Both the position numbers and the translations under genes were made by a program. From positions 62,001-126,000 of the forward strand of contig BROI01000005.1 in assembly GCA_027923505.1 (NCBI GenBank): DNA of 64,000 nt. The letters run 5' to 3'. The notes under the pieces are model-generated. The model ran no database searches. It was not told the DNA's origin and saw only the letters and a list, made by a program, of their open reading frames with translations. Positions 21,776 to 33,251 of the stretch are shown here, in pieces. Position 1 is the first letter of the stretch; each line of letters begins with the position of its first letter. The stretch is from Mayamaea pseudoterrestris (lineage: Eukaryota).

Positions 21776-24700
21776 CTATGACTGCTGATTGCCCTCGGTC
21801 GCTCGAATGCTACTTTTCCGCACAATGGCTACTTTAGCTAGATGGACAACAAGTCCTAGATGGTCTTGGTTTGTGGTTTGGATGTCGAGGAACGCCTGTG
21901 TCTTCCGAAGCTTCGTGGCCACCCGCTCGTCGCTGATGAAGTCACTTAGTTGACGCAATGAGGCACGAGTGATGGACGGACTTGGCGTATCGATATGTTC
22001 ACGACGACATCCGGAGCAACCAGCATGGTCTCGAATGATATAAGGCATACAGATGTGTCTGCCATCAACCTTTGGAATAACAATGCCTTGTCGACTCCAA
22101 TCGTTCATCAAATGGTTTATATTTAATTCTGCGCCGCGAACATCGTCCTGCCACACTAACAATGCACGCGCAGCAACTCGCCGATACGTACCCTGATTTG
22201 TTTCCTGTCGAGCCTGTCCTCCATTTTGTCGAGATGTTGATGCGATGCGATCGGCTGGGCGCGCTGGTGGGCGGTCATGTGTTTGACGGCGATCCGCCAC
22301 CGGAATCAGGCGTGTGTCGGATTGAAATTGGACACCACTGAAGCGGCCATCACGGCGTAGGGAACTGTTACTTGAGGTTTCGCGTGAATGGCGTTGCGCT
22401 GGGAGAATATCTGGTGGTACCAGCTTGTTAAATGGTCCTTTTGTTGGGAGTGAGACCGCTCGCAAAGAGTCGGTGGTGAAGACTTCGTCGATGGTAGTGC
22501 GCCATTCCTGCAATTTGGATTTGAGGTGTGCGCTGCCAAGGGCATGAACAATTGGACGGAGAATAAGAATGTCTGAACGTTCGGGCGAATCATGTAGATG
22601 TGCCTCAATGCAGTGTGCACTCCCGTTGTCAGTGTCGGCAAAATCGGACATTATTTCAATCAAATCACCGACGTGTATAATGACGGCACCGGTTGCTTGG
22701 AGGCGCTGAGGGCCACTGAGGGCATCCCAAGCGGTCGAAAATTCGTGAACGTTAAAGCGTTTGAAAAGATACAGCATGTTTCCTGCGAAAGGCGATGCTA
22801 CCACCCATGGTGAGGCGCCTCGATGGAGTAACTCGAGCATGTCATATCGATCCGGCATATGGAACATCTCGTGAAGGAACCAGAGAAAGTTTTTCCCATA
22901 TTTGAACATGTTTAAGCTTGTCAAACCTGCGGCCGGGAGTTGCATGCCGGACTCTTGGATGGTGGAAATGAAGTGCCAGGGTGTGAGCGCGCTGGTAAGT
23001 TGGTGTGTCTTGTAACGCAAACCCGACGCAAATGCCGCCGACTGGACGGCTTGAATATACTCCGGTCGCTCGAACATGTCAAAACAGTCAATGGCCGGGC
23101 AACAATAAAGACTGAATTTATTCTGATTGACCGCAGCTTTGTAGGCGCTCTGGAAAAAGGCAGAAACGTTTGCCGGCTTGGCCGTTGTGATGGTGGTCAA
23201 CTTTTCCTTGTCAGAGGATTTTATGCCATACACCTGGCAAGCAAATTTTAGACTCAGATATCCTGGCATGAGCCGATGACTGGCTGGATAGACTTCAGCG
23301 GATGAGGGGCCAATGTCCAAGCTTAGCGTGCTTGAATGGCAACCAAGGAAAGCCAAGCGAGTCTGGTGAATACCCAGTGTTCCATTAATGTAACCCTCGC
23401 GAGTAAACACGTGCGGATGCGACTGATATTTCTTTGGTGAGGGCAAGAGGAAATCAGGGTGCGAGTAGGAATTGGTGGTATACAAATCGACGAGCCGGCT
23501 CTCTGGTTGTTCGCAAGGCAGCATGTACTCCGAAGCTGACAGAACGGATGCGACTGTGACGCCAAAATCGGGTAGCTGGTAAACTTGTCGTGGTCTAGTA
23601 ACTCGGAGTACCTCAATGCTATGAATTGTATGTTCGTCCGAATGTGAGCGCTTGGTTGCACCGCTTCTACGCTCTAACACGCGAGCTGGCGGTTTCCTCT
23701 CGTCGTCTGACTCAGCAGAGTTTTGCGTGCGAATGTGTGCTGGGGATGAAACTGTTTTAAAATTGGCACCGAACATCGATGCGAGGAGATCACCGGCGTT
23801 GGGCGGTGCCGTGTTCTTGTCCGCCTTGTCGGGAGTCTGTGCCGCCGCGAAAGCATTTTTCGAAATAATGCAAAAGGGAGCAGGCACTGGTTCTTTCTGT
23901 CCTGGGAGCTGTAAGACTTTGAACTCCGCTAGGAACTTTGGCATATTCGTCTTGAGGAAAGGAATATGAAATTTTGCGCGCCATGTGGAAATCTTTGGGT
24001 CGCACAAGGCGAATACGAACGGTGCATCCAAAATGTTGGCGCGGTGGAACGCGGCAAGCTGAGGCGTGTTGTTGATAGCTTGGATCGACAGTTGTAGATA
24101 GTGCGAAAGCTTTTCTGTCCATCCCTTCTTTTCCAAAACCATACTTTTCCAAACGTTGTCAATGACCATTTTGGCACGAAGCGAAAGTTCCGGAAAGAGG
24201 AAGAGGTGCTCGTGCGCCTCGGAGGGATTGTCTGTGAACGAGTCCCATGAATCTTGCGCATCAAACATGAACAGCGAATCAATAGTCATCTTGTTTGGTT
24301 CCATTGTGCAAGCGCGAAGCCAAACTGGCAAAGTGGGAATGTCATCGAGCCACTTGTAACAGTCGTCCGAATATCCGGTGAAATCCATCAAGTGTATCTT
24401 GAGGTCAGCGACTGTGCCACACTTTCCAAGATCAAAGGGAACACCCAAAGGAAAACAATGGCCAGTCGGTAAAAGGAACGCGACGGACTGGACGCACATG
24501 GCGTGGCCGGCTGTGGCGGTTGATGCGAGCGCACAGATGGGTGGATCATGTTCTTGGTCTTCGAATCGCGGATACTCAGTGTGAGTGCCCTCGCCGACGA
24601 AAAAGTGAATGAAGGGGGAATCCAGAGGGGGAATATCCGTTCCATCGCAAATGAGAGAAACTGGGTGTGTCAACTTGTTGCCCCGCGGAATTACAATCAT

Positions 24701-25354
24701 CGAATTCTTGGAGGACGTCCACCACTCCTCGATGGGAGTCAACAAAGGTGCCAGACCGTCACGTCGAATGGAGAGCAGGATGGGCTTGATGCTTGCTGGC
24801 GCCTCAATGTTTCCAGGCTGCCAGAGGAAAGGGTTTTCATCGTCGACGCGATTTCCCGAAAGGAGCGAATGGTGGCTCGTCGAATGAGTCCTGTTGGCAC
24901 TACTTGAACGCTTGGGAATGTCGTCACCAAAAACGAAAGGGTCGTCGCATGATGGTCCAGATGGGAAAGCCGCCGCCATGAGGAAAGGTCCAACTTTGCC
25001 GACGCCTGGAACCTTAAAGGTGGAAAGATAGAATACTCCTCGAAGGGCCGCATGGCCCATGGCCTTGAAACTATGGTGGCCACTGCGGAAATCGAACGTC
25101 GAATTGTCCTTGGTATAATCCGCGTCGAACAGAGTAATCTTGGACATGGCTTGGTTCACCTCCATCGTCTTCTCCTTGCTGGTCAAGCCGCTGTCTCCAT
25201 CCGTTTGGAGCTCCATGCTGTCCGTTCGGTCCTGTTTTGACGGAACCTGAGTTCCCAACCACGTATCATCAAGAGGCGACTCCTCCGGAAGCAACAAGGC
25301 GACCGTAGGAGACCCCGAGAACGAGGCGAGAGCAGGAGGACTGACGACAGGCAT
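21776..25354 (-). CDS. Large orphan protein (1192 aa) with a C-terminal CCCH-like knuckle; possibly transposon-derived ORF1
   Basis: Uninterrupted ORF with C-x10-C-x2-C-x3-H (CMPYIIRDHAGCSGCRREH) after a disordered Arg-rich segment. No other recognisable domain. Confidence 0.6.
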   Translation of the reverse strand: MPVVSPPALASFSGSPTVALLLPEESPLDDTWLGTQVPSKQDRTDSMELQTDGDSGLTSKEKTMEVNQAMSKITLFDADYTKDNSTFDFRSGHHSFKAMGHAALRGVFYLSTFKVPGVGKVGPFLMAAAFPSGPSCDDPFVFGDDIPKRSSSANRTHSTSHHSLLSGNRVDDENPFLWQPGNIEAPASIKPILLSIRRDGLAPLLTPIEEWWTSSKNSMIVIPRGNKLTHPVSLICDGTDIPPLDSPFIHFFVGEGTHTEYPRFEDQEHDPPICALASTATAGHAMCVQSVAFLLPTGHCFPLGVPFDLGKCGTVADLKIHLMDFTGYSDDCYKWLDDIPTLPVWLRACTMEPNKMTIDSLFMFDAQDSWDSFTDNPSEAHEHLFLFPELSLRAKMVIDNVWKSMVLEKKGWTEKLSHYLQLSIQAINNTPQLAAFHRANILDAPFVFALCDPKISTWRAKFHIPFLKTNMPKFLAEFKVLQLPGQKEPVPAPFCIISKNAFAAAQTPDKADKNTAPPNAGDLLASMFGANFKTVSSPAHIRTQNSAESDDERKPPARVLERRSGATKRSHSDEHTIHSIEVLRVTRPRQVYQLPDFGVTVASVLSASEYMLPCEQPESRLVDLYTTNSYSHPDFLLPSPKKYQSHPHVFTREGYINGTLGIHQTRLAFLGCHSSTLSLDIGPSSAEVYPASHRLMPGYLSLKFACQVYGIKSSDKEKLTTITTAKPANVSAFFQSAYKAAVNQNKFSLYCCPAIDCFDMFERPEYIQAVQSAAFASGLRYKTHQLTSALTPWHFISTIQESGMQLPAAGLTSLNMFKYGKNFLWFLHEMFHMPDRYDMLELLHRGASPWVVASPFAGNMLYLFKRFNVHEFSTAWDALSGPQRLQATGAVIIHVGDLIEIMSDFADTDNGSAHCIEAHLHDSPERSDILILRPIVHALGSAHLKSKLQEWRTTIDEVFTTDSLRAVSLPTKGPFNKLVPPDILPAQRHSRETSSNSSLRRDGRFSGVQFQSDTRLIPVADRRQTHDRPPARPADRIASTSRQNGGQARQETNQGTYRRVAARALLVWQDDVRGAELNINHLMNDWSRQGIVIPKVDGRHICMPYIIRDHAGCSGCRREHIDTPSPSITRASLRQLSDFISDERVATKLRKTQAFLDIQTTNQDHLGLVVHLAKVAIVRKSSIRATEGNQQS

Positions 25355-25793
25355 GATGCGAGCAAGAGCAGAAAGAGTGAGAGTAGAGAGCGAAAGGAAA
25401 CGCGGTTCGAAGCAACGCTAGAACAACAAAAGTCTTTGGGCGTCTAGGTACTAGGCGAACAAAAGACAAAAGAGTGGTCGTCGGCTCATGGTCAATGCCG
25501 GCCGACGGACCTCTGATCCCCAACCCTAACTGACTGCCAACTACTCTGGCGGTGCCGCCGCCTGATGGGCTTTGGCATGTTCTCAGAACGGGCTCCTCTT
25601 GCGCATCCGTTCTAAGCCAGAAAATGCGCGCGCCGTCGCGGGTGTCACGTTCGTCCATTTGATTGGCTTCTCAGCACCGCGACGACGTGTTAAGAAACGC
25701 AGGATCCGTCTTCGACCATGACGAGCGAGCATCACAGCGTCACACATTGCGCACATCTCTATCCTACCTAGACTTGGAAATTTTTGATCAATC

Positions 25794-28700
25794 ATGTCAG
25801 AAGAGCCAATTGAGATGGAGATAGATTCGTCGCCACAGTCGGCTTTTGCTACACCCCCCAAATCACCTACCAAGCTCCATCGTCGCCACCGCCTCGCCTT
25901 GCACGACGCCATTGCCTTGGGCGAGTTTGAGTCGGGCATTTGGTTGGAGGATGAGCCTTCTGCTCCGGAACTGGATCGATTGCCAGTCATAATGAGAATC
26001 TTGGAAGCGTCGAGACCGTTGGCGAGTTTATCATCAAGAATGACGTTTTTGTGGGGAGAGCAAGAGAAAGGAGCTGCCGCTGACAATGAAGACAAGTCCA
26101 TGGATCTTAATGTGAATCAAGACGCAGCAGCAGATCCAGATATTCAACGTTTGGTCGAACGACTCGAGGAGCGAGCCGCCATTTACGCCGCATCGGAAGG
26201 CATTGACATTGTCACGAATCACTTGGTGCCAATGTGCTGCGTCAAGCGCACCAAGATTGCAAAAATGAAGCACTTGGAGCAGCTGCGGGAAATCGTCGAC
26301 TACAAGACGTTGGGGCAACAAGCAAGGAAGAGTAAAATGAAGAAGAAAAGCGGACATTTTGCTAAAAAGACTGCTGCAGCTAACGACGAATCGGACCAGG
26401 AAATGGACGAGGACGATCTCTCCGATGTAGTAGTCATGCAGGACGCCACACGCCAAACACGAGAAGCGACCACGCACGATGAAATTTCGACACTACCGCT
26501 GCAACTCCACAAGGAAGACTCCATGGAAGAGGCAGTGTTGAAAACTATTTGCGGGCTGGCGCAGCTCATGGTGGAGGCTGCCGATACGGCGGCCAGTGCA
26601 GCAGCGACAGCATTAACCAACAGCAAGGACGACACATCCGACAATGTGAGCTTGCAGCAAAAACTATCGGACAGCATTCTCGCTCAGCCACGATCCAAGG
26701 ATATCATGGGAAACGACTTGGGCTCCATGGTAGTGGCAATCATGCATCATGCGCCAGTGATCAAGCACAAGGATTTGGCGGTGAGTGCAACGCGTGATTC
26801 GAGTCGAAAAAGATAAATATCAAAAATGAAGTTTTTTCTCAATCACTTTTCTCCTCTATGCACAGACGGCACTCTGCAGAGCTGCCTTTCCGCAGTCGTC
26901 ACTTTTGATTGGACGCATGGGAGCCAACTGTCCAGCAGCCGTGTCGTGTTTGCTGCGAGGGTGCATTGACGCCTACCAAGTCTATGGTGCCAAAAATCAT
27001 GCGATTGCCGATACGGAAAGAAATGGAGTCGAAGCGCTTGCAACGCTGTCCGATAGGGAAGCAAGTCGAGTCCGAACCGTCTTGCATGTGAGCGACTGCA
27101 TGCTGGATCTGCAGCTTCAGTTGGCACTTGGTCAATCACCATTGGAGGCCGCCTTAATGATCATCAACGAACTCTCAAGGCCGGAAACAGCAACGAATGG
27201 ATCAGACAATACTGCTGCTACGACATTTGAACGTCAGGAAACGGCGGCAGAAGCGCCCGATGGTGACGAAGTGCATAACTCGAGGCATTCACTCCAACGA
27301 CTGCTCACGGAACGGACTGCGCTTCTAGTGGAATGTATCACTGTCTTGACCAAATTTCTTGCGCAGCGCCGCATGGACTCGGCCATGATCTACCATGGGG
27401 ACGTTGTCATCACTCTTCGAGCGCTGTGTTTGCTCTTTTATCGTATCACAACAGGGGCTCCTGTAACGCCTCGCGACACTGGCCCTTCAGCATCCGAGAA
27501 CTCAAGCATGGAACTGGCAGTTGAAAGCTGTTTATCGGAAGTACAAGCTTGGATAGCTTCAATCAAAATTCTAGTCAATGGTCGCGAAGGAGCTGTGGAG
27601 GAGACAAGTCATTTTGATTTGTCTTTCAGCTTGCTTGTGCTTTTGAGCCTTTGCCAATTATGCAATACCAAAAGCATGATCGGCACCGAATCCTTCTTGT
27701 TTGAAAAGAGCTTGACGAACTTGCGGGAAGCGTTAATCGGCAATGTCTCGCATTATTCAAATGGGTTCTTGGCGAGGCTGGCTTTTGCGATTCGGCAGCG
27801 TTCATGCGACATCTTCCAAGAAATCTTGCTCGATGGTGCGCCAAATAGCATGGACATGAGTCACCGAGAAAGTTTAGACGAAGCTTATCGATATGTGGCT
27901 ATAACATGTGAGTCTGAATTGAATTTCATCATTGAGCAAGGCACAGACGAGAGCTCGTTCATTGCAGATCCGCAGGTCGCTTTAGGACTCCTTGACGATA
28001 TTCAGTCCAATCCGGAAAGCTGCACTCTGTCCTTCGATAGGGCTATTTGTCTCCTGAGGGTCGTCGTTGACAATGCCGAGCATGCGTTGTCTTTTCTCAA
28101 GTCGTCATTTGTGCCGGCGTTTATTGAACGAGCGACTGCCATGTCATTGGCAACGAACCATCGCCTGCCCCTGGTTTCGCCGTTACAAATAGAGGCGTTG
28201 GCGAAACAGCTAGTGCATCCTGATGTCGTGCTGAATGACGATGTGGCGCACTTTTTGCTGTGTCTGCTGTACTGCATCGCGTTTACAGACGCAGTGGGTA
28301 ATAGGAACGCCCCGTTTGTGTTTGACCCTCGGAATCTGCCCTTACGACAGATACGCTTGTTTTGCGAGAAAATTGCAAAGGAAGACATCAGTGACCAAGC
28401 TCGAAATATGATCATTAACAAGATCGATATCATGTGTCCCGAAGTTGAAAAACAACAAGCAGGCCTAGCTGTCACCAGCAGATCGAAGTTTTGTCTACAG
28501 CCAGCTTCGAGTACGGATATTAGCAGTACCAAGAGAAATCTACTTTCCGTGTTGAGAGACTCACTGCAGGATTCTGAGAGCGATGCTTGTGGCAGAGCAT
28601 CTGAACGAGCGTTCATTGCCGCAAGGCCGCTCCTCAGCGAGGCTGATCTTTGCACTTGCGTGGTGAGTGCGTTTTTAGCGGAACCACATTTACCGCTGCG

Positions 28701-29565
28701 CTTTGTTACGTATGCCGCATGCTGCCGCGATCAGCTTGCGCTTTTGAAATGTACAATGAAGGTGTGGGAACGTGACGGATTGCGGAGAATCGCGCTTTGG
28801 ACCTTGACATCGCTCACTGAAGCGAACAACTACATTGTACGAGATATGGCGCCCACTGAAACCAGCGCGAAAGAATTTTTGAGCGCCAGGGATGTTATTC
28901 TGTTGAGGACTTTAATTGTGGTGTCTGCGAATTACAGCGGATATTGTTCCATGTCGCAAAGTCTGATTCGGAAAAATATCGCCAAGAACCGCGGACTCTT
29001 GACCATGCTCCTCCGACAAGGCTTATCAGAGTCAGCTATTGATTGGATCGTCGAGTGGGTACCTGAAGCTTTTGAAGATGCAGACTGTCTGGCTACTCTA
29101 TTGACTGATCGTTGCACGATTACTCCATCGGAACGTCTCGTCGTTGCTGATGCGATTCTACGCATTTGCGTTGCGCACGGTCACAGACGGCCACTCGAAA
29201 CCAAGTCCCTGGCATATGCGGCACTGTCGCATCTCATTGCTTCATTCTTTATCATCATGGGACCGGTGGGTGTTCCTGTGAATGTGATTCGCGGACCAGG
29301 AGGTAATGGCGCGAATGCCACTACCGTATCCCGCCGCGCAGCGTTTCGAATGCTGGAGGCAATGCAAAAGGTGTCGGCCTATCGCTCGTCGTTGAAGAAT
29401 GAGTGCATGCTGGCGCTGCAGAAACTGAGTGGTCTCTGCAAGGGAGAGTCAATGGTCAGCGGTCTACCCATATCTGTTGCCAACCGACAAAAAGTCTTTT
29501 TAAAACAATTGGCGCAGGAAATTAATAAAACGTCCATTGCTCTTGGAGGCGGGCCTTTCTATTAA
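25794..29565 (+). CDS. INTS2: Integrator complex subunit 2-like, 2 exons (intron 26781..26865)
   Basis: A GTGAGT..CACAG intron joins the two ORFs in frame. The C-terminal DQLALLKC..VWE..LRRIAL, FLSARDVILLRTL and LLRQGL..IVEWVP resemble INTS2 DPLIVLRCD.RV.., AAQDSAAVQILLE and VHFQGY..TVAGIP. Confidence 0.65.
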
Positions 29566-30112
29566 ACGACAGAAAGTGAACAGGTGCCGATTAAATCTAC
29601 CATGCTCACGTCAGTGTACCTGGAAGTACAGATATAACTGGATGCGGCGGCCGGCTTCATGGTTGACCAGTCCGTGTGAGCAATAAATCACGGTAATACA
29701 CGTGGGGATAGCCGGCCCGTGCCAAGCATGTGGCGCTCCTGCTGCTGCCGACTCACCAACCGATTCAAGATTCTTGAAACACATATCATCCGCATTTGAA
29801 ACACCATCCACGTCGACTGTGAGACTCTCGCGACATTGACAGCTGCTGACGAGGCGCAAAAGTCACTAGGAAAGATACCGTAGACTAGTGACTGCTCGAT
29901 TGGACAATATATCTAGCATAGCTAAGGTATGCATAGATACCGGTAGCCTTGGCTCATGTCTATTATGACTTCCAATGCAGTACGGTAATTAACAGCCGCA
30001 CCGAGCGTCGCAGAAACAAATGTCGCACAGGTACAGCATGACAAATCCGGGTCATCTCCATGAACGAGATGGATCGGCAATTTGCACATCCATCCCTCAT
30101 TCACCTTACAAA

Positions 30113-31958
30113 ATGTCGCGTCGCAGTCTACTGTTGATGCTTGTCGTGGCATGTCACCCATCTGGATCAAGAAGAGTGGAAGCGTTTGCCTACACATGGC
30201 GGGAAAATGCTAGAGGTTCACACTCGCGTCGACTGCAATGCAACGCTCGGCAGCAATCATCATCACCTCAACTCGAGCCGACGCGCCACATGCGACAATT
30301 TTCAACTATTACAAGGCTTGGATTTGACAGTCAATGCGTGATACGAAATATTGATAGAACGTTTCAGTCATTTGCCGGACCGCTGCAAGCCTCGTCCTTT
30401 GCGGCAGCCGACGACTCGTTCCAAGATTGGCAGCCGCCAATATCCGTCGCGAGAAGATGGAATCCACTTAAGACGCTTCTTCGACTAACCATCGTCTTGG
30501 CCTGCTACACGTTTCACTTGACGATACTTTCGCAGCGTCAGTTTGTCTTTCCGGTGCAACTGTTTCCGAACGATCGAGGACACTTCACAGGCATTGGCTA
30601 CGATTCCGTGGCTGGCATTGCGTCCCTGCTAATCTACATGATGACTAGTCAGTTCAAGAGAAACAGTAGCAATAGCAAGAAACAAGTCATATATAATCGT
30701 AGTGACGAGAGAAAACGCGACAAGACAGTCATGAAGCAATCTTCATTCCCATGGCACCTTCCGCGCCACAATCTTCGATTCCGCCTCACCACCACACTCA
30801 CCTTTTTGTTGCTCATTCAAGCCTACTTTTTGACGGGTCGCATGAGCATTTTCTGGGAAGATTTGCTGTACGAACTGTCGGCGCGCGATTTTGAAATTAC
30901 AGTGCCACTCTTTCGCGCCCTCACCGTGCTCTTGGGGCATGTGAGTTGGGTGGTGGTGGGTGTTTCGTTGCTCACATGGCTGCCGCGGCCGCCGCGATTC
31001 TTTCAAGCGGCGGCGGATGCGAATTTAATTACAAATGGCATTGGAAACATTCCGGCGTCACCAAATAACAACAAGGCTGGTGATGATGACTCCATTGTTG
31101 ATGACGTGCCAACACCACGCTTGCCGCCGCCGCCAACGAGTGGCACACGAGTCGTCAAGAAGCTGTTTCGCACCGACATTTCGACGCTCTACTCGCAGGC
31201 TGGGCTGCCGCCAACCAAGGCGACGACGCAACGCTTGGATGTAACAACCACAAACGAAAAGAAGAATGATGGCTCCCAGCAGCCACCGTCAGTATATGAA
31301 AAAGGCAATGGCTCGAATGAATCTGGTTCGCGGCGCGAGCAAATGGCGGCACCAGCATCATTAGACAGCAATAATCCGTACTATTGGTTCTCCAGTGGCT
31401 CCAATCACTGGATGTGGTGGACCATTGGCGGTTACGTAAGTAGTTGGTGTGCGGTATTCTAGTAGAAATTGTGTAGCAGCAGGATTTAATTTAGACTGAT
31501 TCGTGCGCTAACGTTACCAGTTTCCTCTACAGTTTGTGAGCAGCTGGCTGTTCAACCTTGCCGATCTCGCCAACCAATACATTCTTCCATCAACCATTCT
31601 GCAAGATGCGCAAGAGTCTACTGTGTCGCAACTCGTCAATCCGGAGAACAATGACTTTCTCGCAAGTGCTGTTGGATACATTGCTCCCTGCATTACGGCG
31701 CCATGGTGGGAGGAGGTGTTGTATCGCGGCTTTTGCCTTCCCGCATTGACGCAGTTGATTGGCTACCAGTGGGCCGTGCTGTGGCAGGGCATCGTCTTTT
31801 CGGCGCACCACATGTCCTTGACCGGCGCCCTGCCGCTCGCGGTCCTCGGTTGGACGTGGGCCGTTGTTTACACCAAGTCGCGCAACATTTTCACCGTCAT
31901 GATGATACATATGCTTTGGAACAGTCGCGTCTTTCTTGGAAGCTGGTTGGGATTATAA
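30113..31958 (+). CDS. CAAX protease/Abi (CPBP) family intramembrane metalloprotease, 2 exons (intron 31436..31532), likely plastid-targeted
   Basis: APWWEEVLYRGF, FSAHH and H.LWN motifs; the splice gives GGY-FVSSWLFN. N-terminus MSRRSLLLMLVVAC..VEAF resembles a diatom bipartite presequence. Confidence 0.85.
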
Positions 31959-32407
31959 TATAAATAGTAGCAAGCTTGAGTGAGACGCTTCACAAACGCA
32001 ATTTGATAACCGCACACTGCCCAACGAGCCTTGTGATCTGAACCCTTAATACTTGGACCTAGCCGGAATACTGGTGCATTGTAATGATGCGCAGAGCGTT
32101 CCGCTTACAGGTCTGGTGGCTGAAGCGCATGGCTTGCGCGAGAGCCCTTAAACAGCGCAACGATTTCTGTCCGTCGTTCGTAACGGTCAGTGACGTCATC
32201 AGTAATGACGTCATGTAGTTGCTGTGCGACATAAAGAGAGGTTCGCCTCGTTACCGCGTTACTACGACTCGAATTTGCCGCCGCCGATGCCGATCGTCTC
32301 ACAGTTGCTTAGCCACTGCACCAATTCACTACAAAAGACCTTTAGACAGCTTATTGCTGTTGATGATAAGGTTGCTTTGAGTCCTGAGTTCTTCGGGCTT
32401 GGAGTCG

Positions 32408-32462
32408 GGGACAGTCCATGGGGGAACAGTCCATTGGGGAACAGTCCATTGGGTACAGTCCA
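32408..32462. repeat. ~15-bp minisatellite (GGGGAACAGTCCATT-like) x4 inside the MULE
   Basis: gggacagtccatg ggggaacagtccatt ggggaacagtccatt gggtacagtcca. Confidence 0.8.
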
Positions 32463-32871
32463 GTCGCAACGTCGCAACTTTATGTGTCGATTGCTGGTGC
32501 ACACTTGTTCGAATGATTCTGGTGGTTGGGTCTGCTTGCTAGGATTAATCCTTTCCAGCTTTCTTAGATCATTAGTCTGAATGGAGTCTACTTTGGCCTC
32601 GGCTGGACGATTCACCTATTCGAGCAAGCACTTATAAATTTGGCGGCTCTGATCACGGATCGAGCGGAACTGGGTGTGGCAAGAGTGCATGTTGGCAGGT
32701 GTCTTACAGCTGGGAGGCGTCCGGACGGTTTTGCGTGCAGTTACATAATAGCTACGCAAGTGGCTCCCGGACCTGTCGCCTCCAACTCAAGGCTGCGAGA
32801 CTAGCGCTCATCATGGCACTCCTCGCTGAACCCACGTTTCCACCCTGGCGAAGATAGACCACCTTGACGCG

Positions 32872-33082
32872 GTGCCGGGGCTTTCTCACTAAGAGTCTAT
32901 CACAAAACAAACTTTGGACATGGAACTTTCGTTGATCACGGATGTGGTGCCGGGCTTTCTCACTAAGTGTCTATCACAAAACAAATGGAACTTTCGTTGA
33001 TCACGGCGGAGCGTCGCAAGTCGGTGGGAGCGTCGCAAGTCGGTGGGAGCGTCGCAAGTCGGTGGGAGTGTCGCAAGTCGGT
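32872..33082. repeat. Internal MULE repeats: ~60-70-bp direct duplication followed by a 19-bp unit x4
   Basis: GTGCCGGG..CTTTCTCACTAAG.GTCTATCACAAAACAAA..TGGAACTTTCGTTGATCACGG occurs twice, then GAGCGTCGCAAGTCGGTGG is tandem from ~33009 to 33082. Confidence 0.85.
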
Positions 33083-33251
33083 GTCACTTGAGTTAGTGGC
33101 GGCCGACATGGTATTCCATGGCAGAGCATCGCAAGGGGCTGCACTGGAGCTGCTGGTGTTGAACACGTTTGCCCACTTAGCAACGCCAGGTGGTCGCGGT
33201 GGAACTAGAGGCACACTAAGAAACTACTTGACTGAATTGTGACTATAACAG

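Noticed and set aside
25523..25531. Telomere-like AACCCTAAC
   Set aside because: Single copy, expected by chance.
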